From assembly GCA_900088475.1 (NCBI GenBank), contig FLMG01002456.1:124001-188000 (forward strand): 64,000 nucleotides of DNA. The letters run 5' to 3'. Position 1 is the stretch's first letter; the number at the start of each line of letters is the position of its first letter. The translations under genes and the position numbers were made by a program. A model generated the notes under the pieces. The model was given only the letters and a program-made list of their open reading frames with translations, did no database searches and was not told the origin of the DNA. Positions 24,577 through 37,620 of this stretch are shown here, piece by piece. This stretch comes from Hyphochytrium catenoides (taxonomy: Eukaryota > Protista > Hyphochytriomycota).

Positions 24577-25666
24577 TCAAAAGGTAAAATGCATGTCTTC
24601 AGTATAGCCTAGTTCTTCCAGGGCCGGTAAGCAGGCAAACTTGATCATCGGAGGGGGGCCACACATGAATATTTGAGTGTCTGCGCCTGGTGATGGTAAA
24701 TGCTTCTTGATCATGGCCGCGTTTACGAAGCCCGAACCTTGTTTCCAGTCAGGCGGAGGGCGATCCAATGTGTACCAAACGTGAACTCTTCCTGTTGCTT
24801 CCATTGTCTCCAGCTCATCCCTCAGTAAGATATCGCGCTCAGTCTGGTTGGCAAAGATAAGACTGAACTGCGTCTTGTCACTGCGGATATTTGTACCCGA
24901 TCAAACTCTTGCTAACCGTCAACATTCACATCACCATACCTCTTATCCTTGAGAGCTTGACGAACAATCTGTAACATGGGAGTGATACCGGTGCCGCCTG
25001 CGATCATGCCGATGTTTCTCGCAAAGCGCTTCTCAGGAGCCTCTTTTGGGCGGTTCTGGATTGTGATGCTCCCTCGCCCCACATAGGTGAGTTTTCCCTT
25101 GGGGCCCCTCATATCAATGCTATCCCCTATCTTGAGGTTTTCCAAATACTGCAACAGGAAACGTTAGGAGTCGACAGCGCTTACTTACAGGATATGACTA
25201 GTTCCTACCTGGCTCATCTTGCCGCCTTCTGGAAACTTGGGATGGACTCCGGCAAAGTAAATTTTAACCACAAAATCCACGTAACCAATCTCATCATCAG
25301 AGGTAACCGGAGTATAGGAGCGAGATACCAACTTCCCATCTGGTCCAGTGTAACTCAGGGAGATGTGCTGCCCAACAGGAAGTCCTAAGATATGCTCCTT
25401 GGAAGTCAACGCGAACCGGAACTTCCGGGTATCGTGGCTGATAACTTCTTTGGCAACAAGCTGGAAGGATACCTTCTCGTCAGGATTAAGAGCTTTCGGC
25501 CTGGATGGCTGCTTCTTAACCCATAAGGCAGCTGCGGCAACGACAAGAGCTGCAATGGTCACGACCACGCCTATCATAGCATGATCCTAGGAAATTGGGA
25601 GGCGTCATGATAAGCATCAGTAAAAAAGCGAAACCTGTAACTCACCTGAAGAATGGAAGCGGACAT
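24577..25666 (-). CDS. NADH-cytochrome b5 reductase with N-terminal membrane anchor; 4 exons
   Basis: [53 protein letters not shown] and CGPPPMI. First mini-exon MSASILQ at 25666. Confidence 0.95.
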
Positions 25667-26627
25667 GATACTTGCAGTCATAACCCCGCCCCTCTCTGGC
25701 CCTTCAGGACGTATACGCTGCCGTGAGCCTCCTCAGCGAAGCTTTCAGCTTCTGTAACTCTGGCACTGCGTTGTGGGCCTAGCAGAACTTCTGCAGGAGT
25801 ATTGTGACTGATGGTCTCATTGTTGAGGCTTCTGGGGACTGGTGATGAGAGACAACGCGGGATGATGAGACAAAAGAGGCGAGGAGGATGGATGTGGAAC
25901 AAGGCAGGACAGTCCTGTGCTACTTCACTGCTGTCTTCCCTTCCTCCAACGACAAGCCAAATTTTGACAGCTCTTTCGGTCCATGCTGATGACTCAAACA
26001 CTTGTTGGCTGACTACGGTGAGGAGTGATAACCGGGAATCCCTTTTGGGTAGTAATCCATTAGTCTAACTGTTTCTGGATCCATCCTTGTTCCACAGGGG
26101 TACAGCAGCCGGTACATACAGCCCTACAGCCTACAACGCACACGGACAGCTATACTTGGAACAACTTGAAGAAGCATATTGTCCTCGAGGAGTTCTGCTC
26201 CCATCAATAGTAGTTCTACAAGCTTGTAAGTGCTGCTGTTCTCTCTCCCTCCTTCCTCCTACGATGACCTTGAGTTACAAGAACTTTCGTCCAGCAGTCA
26301 TGCTGTCAGCGCTAGCACACAACGGAGGGCACCTCTAAGAATACAGCTAGCAGGATCTATAACGATAGCAACATTGTTGGCTAGCGGGACTGAAGTTCAG
26401 GATCCCCGGACCAAGGAAGTCTCTAAAAGGCCGCTCCTGCGAGCAAGCTATGGCCCTGACAGCGCTCCCACTACCAACCTTCAAGCACGCGTCCACGGGC
26501 AAGCAGCTGGGCCTCTGGATGGTGTAAATCTGACCGTCCAGACTCAAGCTCGACCTGAGTTTCCAAAGTTCGCCGCCGCCTACGGCTTGGAGTTTCGGCA
26601 CCCAGTACTTTGACGGATCGTACTGCC

Positions 26628-28837
26628 ATGCTGGCTGTTGAACTACAAACGGGCCCATTACCGCTACCTGTGGCGCCATGGAGAAATGAGAAGCGGTCGA
26701 TCCGATCTGTCTATCCAGACTCCCTACTTCAGCTTGCTGCGAGTGTTGTCTGTGCCAACCTTCATCGCATCTCATCCCTCCCGCGGGACCTCCCGCCAGA
26801 AGTAGGATCTCTGTTACTCAATCTCCTGGCGGAGAGGGGTCTGTTAAGTTGGGACACCCTGGCCTACTTCGAGAAGTGTTCCCTAAGTGAACTTAATCTC
26901 TCTCCCGCCTCGTCAATCGTTACCGATGGTTTGCTGTCCAAGCTCCATTCAACGGTGTCCTCACTAAACTCCCTAGACTTGTCATTCTGCGCCGATGTGA
27001 CACCTCATGCGTTCCATACATGGAAAAACCTTCATAATCTGCGTCGTCTCCACCTATCGCATTGCGTAGGGTTGGGAAAGTCGGCAATAAAGCTCTTGTC
27101 AAGAACTTCGCGACTGCTAGATCTAGATCTCGCAGGTTGTAAGTTTATTGATGATGAGTGCTTGAAGCATGTATCCGCTTTGACGAGTCTCAAAGCTCTG
27201 AATCTGGTAAGATAAGATGAGGATATCAGCCTTCAATTATACCGATGTTCTCACTCCTGCTGGCCAGGCACGCTGCTCTGAGATTACAGACAAAGGAGTA
27301 AAGCATCTTGGCGTGCTGTCAGACCTATGCCGAATAGTGCTTGACTTATGTGTCATGGTCGGGGACGAGGGTATCCAAACTCTCTCCAGTTTGCTCAATA
27401 TGCAAGAAATGTCGCTGCGCAGATTACGAATATCGTATCCTTCACCCCACACACACAATATCTCCTAGTACTCGCGTGCCGCTTATCTCCATAAGATTGA
27501 TTCCTTAGCTGCGCGAAGTGATGTTGCATTGTACTATCTCGCACAGCTCAAGCAACTTCGTTCGTTGAACGTCTCAGAGTGCATAAACCTAACAGATAAT
27601 GGGTTGGCGTACGTAGAATCTATCACGAGCTTGGAGTCCCTCTGTATGTCTTCGTGCCAGAGAGTGAGAAGTAGCCCATTGAGACTGGCTCTACTTCGTC
27701 GATTAGAGCTAGGAAGCTGCCACCTTAATCACCAGCGTTTTAAGGTAGGTCTTATTGAGGCTTGGGTATCTAAACAGCCAGATGAAATCAGTTGACATGG
27801 GCTCCTCGACACAGGATATCACGCAACTGGAATCTCTTGAGCATCTTAATCTCCGCTGCTCAAAGCTTCACGACAGGTTTGCTCAGCCTTCAAAAAAGTT
27901 TGCAATGCATGAACTCTCTGACAGAAGTCTAGCATGTTGAGGCCATTAGCAGAACTAGTTCATTTACGCTCCCTGAACCTGAGTGATGCGGGCATTCAAG
28001 ACGGAGCGCTGGAGTATATAGGACGGATCTCGAGCCTAGAGAATCTAAATCTTTTTGGCTGCCAGATAACCAGCGACGGCCTGCGACATTTGGTGGATCT
28101 TAAATCCCTAACATCCCTGAACCTGGATTGCAAAGAGGTTACGGATGCAGGGTGTGCATACATTGCTCAATTGGCGCATCTACGATCCTTGAACCTATTC
28201 TCTTCGAGGTGAGTCCTCTAGACGGCGGAGGTCTTATCTTTGAAGCTGTAGAGTTTGACATTCTATCCACCAGAGTCGGGGATCGGGGCCTTCGGAACCT
28301 GCGGGTTCTGGCGGAACTAGAAAAATTGGAGCTCTGTAGTGGAAGGGTGACAGATTATGGCCTATTCAGCATCACGGCCTTCAAGCGTCTTCGTCATCTC
28401 AATATCAGTCAAAACTTGTAAGTAACCGCCATGGCTGTTGAATAGATTATATCGCTCACTTACTCTTCCGTGGTAGCGGCGTGACGAACGTGGGACTAAA
28501 GAAGCTAGCTGTACTGCCAAACCTGACCTCACTCAATATCTCACAAACAGCTGTAAAACTCGTCGAAGATGATCCCTTAGATGGTAGGAGTTGACCCTTC
28601 AGGCACGAATAATGCCGAAAGAGCACCTCAACCACTGGAGTATTCTAACATCGCCTCGTAAGACTTCCGCAGTCTCCAGACTTTGATTCTCTTTGGCTGC
28701 GCCTCTCCTGGAGATGTCAGTCTAAAACGTGTGAGAGGTCAGTTCCTCATTGTCCAAACTGCGTGCCATTGATGGCTAACCAATTTTGGCTGTCTGCTCT
28801 AGACAAACTTCCAAACCTACGGCTTGTACGTTGCTAG
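26628..28837 (+). CDS. Leucine-rich repeat protein (~24-aa cysteine-containing/RI-like LRRs, plant At1g15740-like); 5' end uncertain
   Basis: SLLQLAASVVCANL...LPPEV N-terminal motif, many LxxLxxLNLxxxxITDxGL repeats across 9 exons, and C-terminus DKLPNLRLVRC*. Confidence 0.85.
27435..27518 (+). other. Putative U12-type (minor spliceosome) GT-AG intron, 84 nt, phase 2
   Basis: Donor GTATCCTTC; branch-like TTCCTTAGC at 27501-27509; AG 11 nt after the branch A; no polypyrimidine tract. Splicing restores an intact LRR (RRLRI-SD-VALYYL). Confidence 0.75.
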
Positions 28838-29702
28838 CTCAGAGCTGATGCTGGCTGGCAATGAGTTTTGAACCATTTGAAACCAGGCAGACATATAAAC
28901 CTGCGGGTAATTCTAAGAGAGTGGAGTTTCAAGTTAGCCGCTGCAAAGGTCCAATGGTGTGGTCCGGAGCAAGCCACACCTTACCTCGTCCTTGGCAAGG
29001 TGTGACCCTTTTGTGAGCAGACGAATTAGCTCTTTAACCTTATTGGACGTGTTGCAAGGATGTGGAGAGTAGAAATAGCTTCCAAGGATTGGGTGTTCCT
29101 GCCATAGTTCTGATATGAGAGAGGTAAACGCTGTTCTGGAGCGTTTGCTATTACCATGAGACGTAGTGCGCTAAGCAAGCTGTCTTGAGCTATTCCAGGC
29201 ATCTCGATATTCTGAAGAGGTAGCTGGTCGCCGCCTTGCACAGAGTTATAGACTATCAGTTCTTAAGACTACAGATAATGGCGAACCGGACCTACTTGTG
29301 GATGACAAAGCCATATACAAGGTCGGCACCTTATAGGTTGGGTCATAGACGACGTGAACCTCCAGGATCTTATCGTACACTGCAAAACCTCTCGGAAGGG
29401 TCATAGCGTCAATTTCTTGACTACTTTCTTCCATTAAGATAAACTCGTCCACTGTTTGTTGTGGGCTGGAACTAGTTCCCAGGCGAATTGTCTTTGAGAG
29501 ATAGCCCCCGAGATGCTGAAGGGTCGGCTGGGGAAATGACATGGTATCAGTCTTCTGCGTAGAGTAATCATCTAATTGTTTTTCTTACAGCATGAATCCT
29601 AGACGGTTCTATCCACAGCCACTCTTTTGAGTGGGCAGCAATGAACTTGCCCTCTCTTTCAAAGTCAGCCCAACTTATCTGCCCAATACTCCGCTCTACC
29701 AT
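28817..29702 (-). CDS. ATG10: Autophagy E2-like conjugating enzyme ATG10; 5 exons
   Basis: ISWADF...GGYL, HVVYDPTYKVPTLY, EHPILG and catalytic HPC (HPCNT), and YMSAWF near the C-terminus. Confidence 0.88.
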
Positions 29703-30384
29703 TGCAATCCCTGTATATGTTAACCTAGTACCGAATACCGAGAATGTGGGACATGGCTCTTTGTGGGATACTAAGGATGTTCCAACCAACAGCTTCTCAT
29801 GACTCGTCCATCCCAGAGTGACCGCTAAATCTTTCCTGGTAGCCTTCTCAGATGCATAAACACAGCTCTTGGCGCCCCCAACCCTAAGCAGCTACACTGT
29901 GAAGCACAGCAATGAAGCAGCTTGTGGCTATAACTACTGCATCAACAGCTAATGAAGACAGGAAGCCAATAATCTGCAACAGTTTTCAAGAAGTGCAGAT
30001 CGTCGGAATCTCAAGAAGATTGCCCGCTCACATCTCACATCAACTACTCCACTACTCCTCAGACCAGTATTCCCCCAGGACCGGCGCCACTGTGATCGAG
30101 GTGGATTGACCTGTCACCCCAACACCTCAAAAGCCAAAATGGTGAGAAAAGATGATGAAATCATCAGACTAATTTCTATTGAAACCTTCAGCTGCTTGGG
30201 CTTTAGGCGGGCGTTCTATCGCAATACTTCAATCTACTTTTGAATCCTTCAGCCTTCTCTAGTGTTGTTGGCCGGCTAACCTGGGGTGGATGGGCGCGCC
30301 AATGAAGGTTACAAGAATGGTCTGCAGGGCGACGAACTCCTGTGCATAGGCAGGGTGTGGCGTGCAACAGAAGGGGCAAGGGGA

Positions 30385-30401
30385 NNNNNNNNNNNNNNNN
30401 N
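30385..30401. other. Assembly gap (17 N) in the ATG10/Rab1 intergenic region
   Basis: Run of n. Confidence 1.
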
Positions 30402-30625
30402 ACACACCCCATCCTCAGCGGCAGGCGAGCTCCGTTGCTTGTACAGACAGCGCGTTTGCCTATGTCTTTCTCTGTGTAGGCGCATCTGTCAAGAGATCTA
30501 GAAAGAGCACGAAATCTGGAGTCTGTCAGACAAGATTATCTGACCAGAAACACCTTGAGCTTCACATCTCTTTTCTGGCGCCTTTAGAACTTATTTCGTA
30601 CTCCAAGGAATTCGAAGACCCAAGC

Positions 30626-31526
<901 letters not shown>

Positions 31527-32216
31527 ATGGAGGTTATGGGAAAGGACTGGACTCCAGGGAATGATCTTGACCGGGAGTTCCCTGACAATCCCTATTGTAG
31601 AAATTAAACATTGCCTTTGTCGATACGCTAAATCTAACAAGCTCACACCCGAAACTTTGAATACTGCGGGAGCGCTAACCGGAACGAGGGTAATAGCGCT
31701 TGATTGGGTTGCCAAATTGAATGTGTCCGACTTAGTTAGCATCAGGGGCCGGCCAAGGAAGCGAAAGCAGTGACTTAATGTGTGCACACTTTGCGGACAA
31801 ATCTGATGCAGGAAGATCCTGCTACTTCCTAGTGAGGGTCCTCTAGTCCTTCCCTATGTCCATGGACAACACCAGGAACCCAGCAGAAGAGTGGACAAAA
31901 TTGATTTTGAACTAGGACACCTTGATAGGGCTTGGTCATGCCCAGTCAGGTCAACCATGGCGAAGGATGGTGTGCTTATCTTGTCCTATTTGAAAAGCCG
32001 TCCACCCCACGTCTAGACCATTCCGCGGGCGAGCGTCCTCTAAGCGAAAGGGAGTTCCTGCACGAGCTGTCTACAGGATGCCCACTGGTCTATTCCGTGC
32101 TCAAGGGCAGTTTTTGATGCTGCCAATCTTCAGATGCTAGGTACACTCCAGTGTTAGCCTTTTCTGCAACCCTATCCGCAATTCGCCCTCATTCAGCTAC
32201 AGACGTGAGAGCCGAT

Positions 32217-33481
32217 TCAGAGGCCTTCCACCTTGACTTTAAATATCTTTGGCCAAAGCTTTCCGGTCACATATAGCGTCTCCGAGGGCTTATGCCAGGC
32301 GATGCCGTTAAGCACCGCATTGATATCCGTGGTCAGCTCGCCTAGCCTCTCCTTAAGACCAGCCATGTCCAGCTTTCCAATCACTTCTCCGTTTGCAGGG
32401 TTGATGCAATAAATAATGTCAGAGTACCATCTATTAGCCAGCACTACCCCTTTGACATACTCCAGTTCATTCAAGTTGCCGACAGCCTCACCGTTGTTGA
32501 AGGGATCAGTAACCTTGACTTCTCCTTGAACCTCAAAGGTCTCTGGGTTCCAAAAGGTAAGGTACTCCGACCCATCACTTACAATCAGGTGTGTATCGTT
32601 GTGAGTGAGGCCCCAACCTTCACCGTTGTGAGTTCGATAGTCAAAACTCTTGGTTAGGTTGAGATTCTGTGGATCAAAGACAAAGCCTTTTTTCTTCTGC
32701 CAAGTGATCATTATGAGGCGGTTGTCATGAAGTGTGAGCCCTTCGGCAAATACGGACGGATCGACTCCCTGCTGGCTGAGACGTTCCATCTGCGTTGGCT
32801 GCACCTTTCCTAACCATGACCTACCAAACCGACCAGAGCTCTCATAAAGATGGCTAAAATCTTCTGAGAAAACCAACCCCTGAAGGCAGCAAGGCGGTGA
32901 CAACGACAATCAGTGGCAGTCTATCTATAGATAGACAGACACGAATATAGAAGGTCGGTGGGCCTACCTGCGTGAACGCATCTGGGTCATGAGGATATTC
33001 CTCCAATACTTGGTAACGTCCAGTGATGATGGGCAGCGGGAATCCTGGTCGTCGCCTCTTCCGCTTAAAGTCGCCAGCGTCAAGTGGGCTTTCGCTTGGC
33101 TGCTGGGAAGATTGCAGCGAGGAGTCTTCAGAGCTGAGGCCTGTACGGATGGAAAGGCATTTAGCATTGGGAATAATATCGGTTGGGCTTAAGAGGTTAC
33201 TGCTACTTACTTCTGGTTAAATGGCTAGATGGAGAACCTCTCAGATAACGATCGAGACTGTAGGTTGTGATTAGGGCGAGAAGGATATACCCAACCCTTT
33301 TGGTCGTGTCCCATATAGTGCCCTTGCGAGTAAGACGGCGACCTCGAAGTGGACCTTTCCCTGTGCCACTCTTGGCTTCATTTCCTGAGCTCCGCTGGCG
33401 GCGACTGCTACTGTTCATCCCACCAAAGTTTTCTCTGCGACGGCGCCAACTATCCGCGAAACCTGAAGTGGAGTCAGACAT
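32217..33481 (-). CDS. Type II (plant/bacterial beta-propeller) glutaminyl-peptide cyclotransferase with N-terminal membrane anchor; 3 exons
   Basis: EEYPHDPDAFTQGL, ESSG, FAEGLT, ITWQ, EGWGLT, SDGS, LNELEY and VLNGIAW; hydrophobic RVGYILLALITTYSL near the N-terminus. Confidence 0.92.
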
Positions 33482-34549
33482 CTAGACTTCCTTCGACTTT
33501 TTTGAACCCTAAGAACATGCTACCTTCCGACCGCTGGCCTTCTTCCATCAGCGGGGGAGAAAGCGAGTGCTCTGACCGCTTCTAATGTCCACAGAGTCTG
33601 CCAGCGCGCTAAAGAAGGGATCATCCATGCGCTGATAAAGCAGGATCCTTTGAACCAATGGCGTGATGTAGAAAGAGTTGTGTGTGTCTCTCTACAGCTA
33701 ATCCTTCTACAAACTGCTCTATTATTATTACTGGCACTCACTCTACTAACTGGGATCTGAGAACTACCAGAGTTAGCATGAAAGAACCAGATTGTATTGT
33801 AACTTGTAACTCACCAAGGAGGATGAAGGTCGTACACTTGGTACTAATAATAGGTAATCTCAAAAGGTAGTGGGAAGTAGTGTGCCTGGAGAGTGCCCGA
33901 GACACAGCAGCAGCAACAGCAAAGAATGTCAATCTAGAGAGAGCCTCAGTGCTTGATACACCGATTTATTCGAATGCGAAGTACGAGGCCGAAGGCTCTC
34001 GCGACTATGGTTTACTACTATCTACGTGCGGCGATGGCGTGGTGCTGACCCTTGGACCTTCAAGACAGGAAGCTCAATCAAGGGCTTATTAGGGTGGTCT
34101 CGTCGGCGGAGTAGTTCCCAGGACGAAGAGTAAGCTACTAGGGAGTGGGCTATCCTCTTGCAAATAATCATCGCGCAGGAGTCGAGGTAATGAATGGCGT
34201 GCCGTCCCTTTGCTGTTTCTCAACTCACACTCTTGCCAGCACCAATACTATCTGTGAGGCAACTCATTCCTGTCTCTGTCCTGGTGACTTCAATACCTCA
34301 AAAAACGTAGAGCTGTGTACTGTATGAACCTTTTTTGGTTCGCCTTACTAATAGGACAGCTATCTGGACAGATTGGATACCTAGCAAGCCAAGGTTCCAC
34401 CTGAGCTCCTTTCGATGTGCCCTCCTAAAGTCGTGGGCGTGGAGAGTTAAGCCCTAGCTTAGAGCGATACATCTTTTGTATGCCTGCTCAGTCAGAAACA
34501 AAAGCTTGACGATGGGGCCGCATTAAACGGGAAGTAGATTCTGCATTGA

Positions 34550-36690
34550 TCAGGAAGGTGCATTTAAGCCCTCCTCCTCTGAAACCTTATCACCGTCACC
34601 ATCCTTGCCTGATCGTCTCTTACTGGCAAGGCGTTTTTTCTTCTTCTGTGCCTCTAAGATCTGTACTGAAGCTCGCTTCACCTTATCGCGAGACAGGGTA
34701 TCGTCCTCGTCGGCTCCGAGCTCCATGTCATCTTTGGCGGATGCCCCGTCACTATCATCATCAGCTTCGTTAGGGATCACAATTCTCTGGTTGTTGGGCA
34801 GGAGTGATATGCCTTGCCCCTCTTTGTGGAAGGATGATCTGCTCGGCTTTGGAGGGGAGGGTTCTTCAACAAAGTTGGTGGCATTCCCGGTGGCTAAGAT
34901 CCCTTCATTCGCCTTGAGCTCGTTGCAGACGTTAGAAATGGTCTGCTCAAAGCTGTACATTAATTCAACGACGTTGTCGTCCGTCACTTCCACTCTATTC
35001 GGCCTATTGCCAGACTCAGAGAAGGCCATCGCGGTCTCATAGAGATGCTCAATGCCAGCCTTGACGCCGATTAGGATCTTTGCCAGTCTCTCGTATTTGA
35101 CCTTCACTCTGTCCAAGCGAGCTTGCGCATTGTTGAGATATTCTTCCTGCTCATCGACAACCTTTCGGCGGTGCGCTCCTGCAGTCCCACTGAACTTCGC
35201 CTCATCGACTTGACTCTGGCATAGTCAGAATTCTTATCAGCCTCTTAAACGCCTTTTGCCATAGAGATAAACCTGTTCCTACCTTCAAACGGTTCCTTTC
35301 AGAGGTAAGAAGCTCAATCTTGACCTGATTCTCCCTTGAAAGCGCCATCAGGTTCTCCGTGGTGGACTCCTGACTCACAATCTTCTTCAGGATTTCATTG
35401 ACATCTGATACACCAGTGGCTTCCTTGATCTTGCGGAAAGCGGTCTCGAAAAGTTCCAGCTTGTTCTTGTTCAGAACCTTGTCGTGCATGGTCTTGCCAG
35501 CCTGACATTGGGTGGGATGCCATGGCTTACATGAATTGTTTAAAAAGTGCAACAAAGGAAGCCGCACCTGTAACTTGTTCATCGTCAAAGACGCATTTAA
35601 TGCCACTTCTTGCTCTTCGGACAGTTCCCCTGCCTCCTTGAAGATGATGTCTTGCCGTGCCTTCTCTCTCTGTTCCATTCTCTGCTGCATTTCCTTCTTG
35701 ATCTCAAGGAGCTGATCAAAGGTAATTCGATTTAAAGCACAGGTCATGGAAGCTGCAAAAAGATTTCTTGTGTCCCACCTGCGTTTTCTCTTTGAGCAGC
35801 CTCTGCCGCCGCCGACGCTCTTCGTCATAGCCACCTTTAACCTTCTCAAGTTCAAGCTGTGCTGTCTCGCTTGCATAGCTTGCCTCAGTCGCAAGCACCA
35901 AAAGCTCCTCATAGTCTGCCTGCTTAGCTTTGAGTGCCCTCTCAATAGCGGCAAGCTGATTGTCATAGCCAATTCGCTCTGCTTTCAACCTCTTGAGAAT
36001 TTGCTCATAGGTCTTTCGAATACCTATGGCTTCATTGAACTTTATCATTGCCTTGTCCAGCTTGTTCTCTAGTAGCCTGATCTTCCTTATCTCTGGTGTG
36101 TCCTCGTCACTTGGCTTCTTATTCTGGCGCTCCAAATCCCTCACTTCATCCTACAGCCCAGCGGTTACCTTTCATAAATTCGAGCAAGTTACTGTCATTG
36201 TACCTTCAATTCATCCAGTGCTTTCTTCTGGATGTCAGCCTTGTGTTTCAGGTCATCGTACGTCTTTCTTTGCTGTGCTACACTTCGACGTAGCTTGGCC
36301 AGATCTTCCGTCTCGGTATTGCCAGCCCCGTGCGCATTGTTCTCCTAGAGGACGAGGGTTAGCCCAAACAACCATCGTCAGATGCGAAATTTATCCGTAC
36401 TCTTTGAATTGCCGACAAGCCCTGCCGTAGTTCCTTGTTCTCACTCCGCAGCTCTTGGATAATGTCTTTGTTTGCTTCTTTGGTTGATTGAAGTAGTTCA
36501 ATGTTAGCTTTCCTATCGTGCTCTGCAATGTAAGAAACAAGGGCAGTTGAGCTTCAACCCAATGACGCAATCCACAAGCATCGGAGGCCTTACGCAGCAT
36601 ACGCATCCGATCCTTGAGATCTTCCACCTGCTCCTCGAGGTCCACTGCATCCACTCCGAGGCTTGCACCTCGAAGGGTTCTCGTAGCCAT
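34550..36690 (-). CDS. CCDC151: Outer dynein arm docking/assembly coiled-coil protein, CCDC151/ODAD3 (ODA10/DC1) family; 7 exons
   Basis: IRLLENKLDKAMIKFNEAIGIRKTYEQILKRLKAER, FETAFRKIKEATGVSDVNE, VKAGIEHL and an acidic/basic tail with SRDKVK, all characteristic of this family as recalled. Confidence 0.82.
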
Positions 36691-37620
36691 CTTTGCCAAT
36701 CAAAGTGCTCCCACACGCGCTCAAGCTGCTCGCTGATGGAGGGACGTCATTATGCCTGCCTCAACCGTGAGACTCAGTGAGATAACCTGAGATCACTCAT
36801 TTATGAAATAGTTGTTGGGTGAGCATGGGGTTCCAGAGGTGTCTGTCTGCCTACTCCCCTCTGCCTCCACACACTCTTAAAAGCTTCATCACATACCACG
36901 CCTCCCAGCTATTATGCACCACTTATCCGGCTAGCGATAAAGCCAAAGGAGGTTAGGCAGCCAGGTAGGATTCCTGTCCTTCGCACTCTTATTAGACTTC
37001 TCTTCTCAGCTCCGCGCACCAAACAGCGGAGATCATAGGGTTACTGGTGATAAACCCCAGTGTTCAGGGATGCCAGTTCTTGCCCACAATGAGGTCCAAG
37101 CTAGGGCAATAATCTCTCACACAAAACCCTCTATAAAGTGCAGGAGCTAAAGTTGTAACGGCCTTTCTCTGGACCAGACATCCGGAATAAAGCTTAGCTT
37201 TTGGCTACGGTATTCTAAATCCTGCGATTACTTGAAAAGACGCTGCGAACGGTGGGGGCAAAGGGATGCGGAGGCGAGATGAAGGTCCTGGTGATGAGGA
37301 GATGAACTGAGAGATTGAGCGCGGAACGAGGGAGGGGAAGGAGGCACTGCGATGGTGCTTGATCTTTAAATATGAGCAAGTGCTGACTCCTAACGGAGCC
37401 TCCAACAATTTCCCAGTGATCTTTCATTCTCACCCGACCCCGATCCCTTGCCTTCGTTGAGGCCTTTGAAGCTTTCCTCGATGAAAGTGGAAACGTTTGG
37501 ACGTAGGACGGACAGCTGTCCGGGCTTTGGAGGTCTACAATGCTCCTAAAGCAGTCTTTAGGCGATACGTAATAGACAGCTTGGTGCTAGGGTGGGACAT
37601 CCCACCTTACAGCTAAACCT

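Noticed and set aside
25811-26613. Short ORFs upstream of the LRR gene as extra exons or a separate gene
   Set aside because: I could not join them in frame with plausible splice sites, and they have no recognisable motifs. They fall in the probable bidirectional promoter/UTR.
33880-34092. ORF ending GVVLTLGPSRQEAQSRAY, loosely like the GARS C-terminus
   Set aside because: Short, with a non-ATG start and no other GARS motifs; probably chance.
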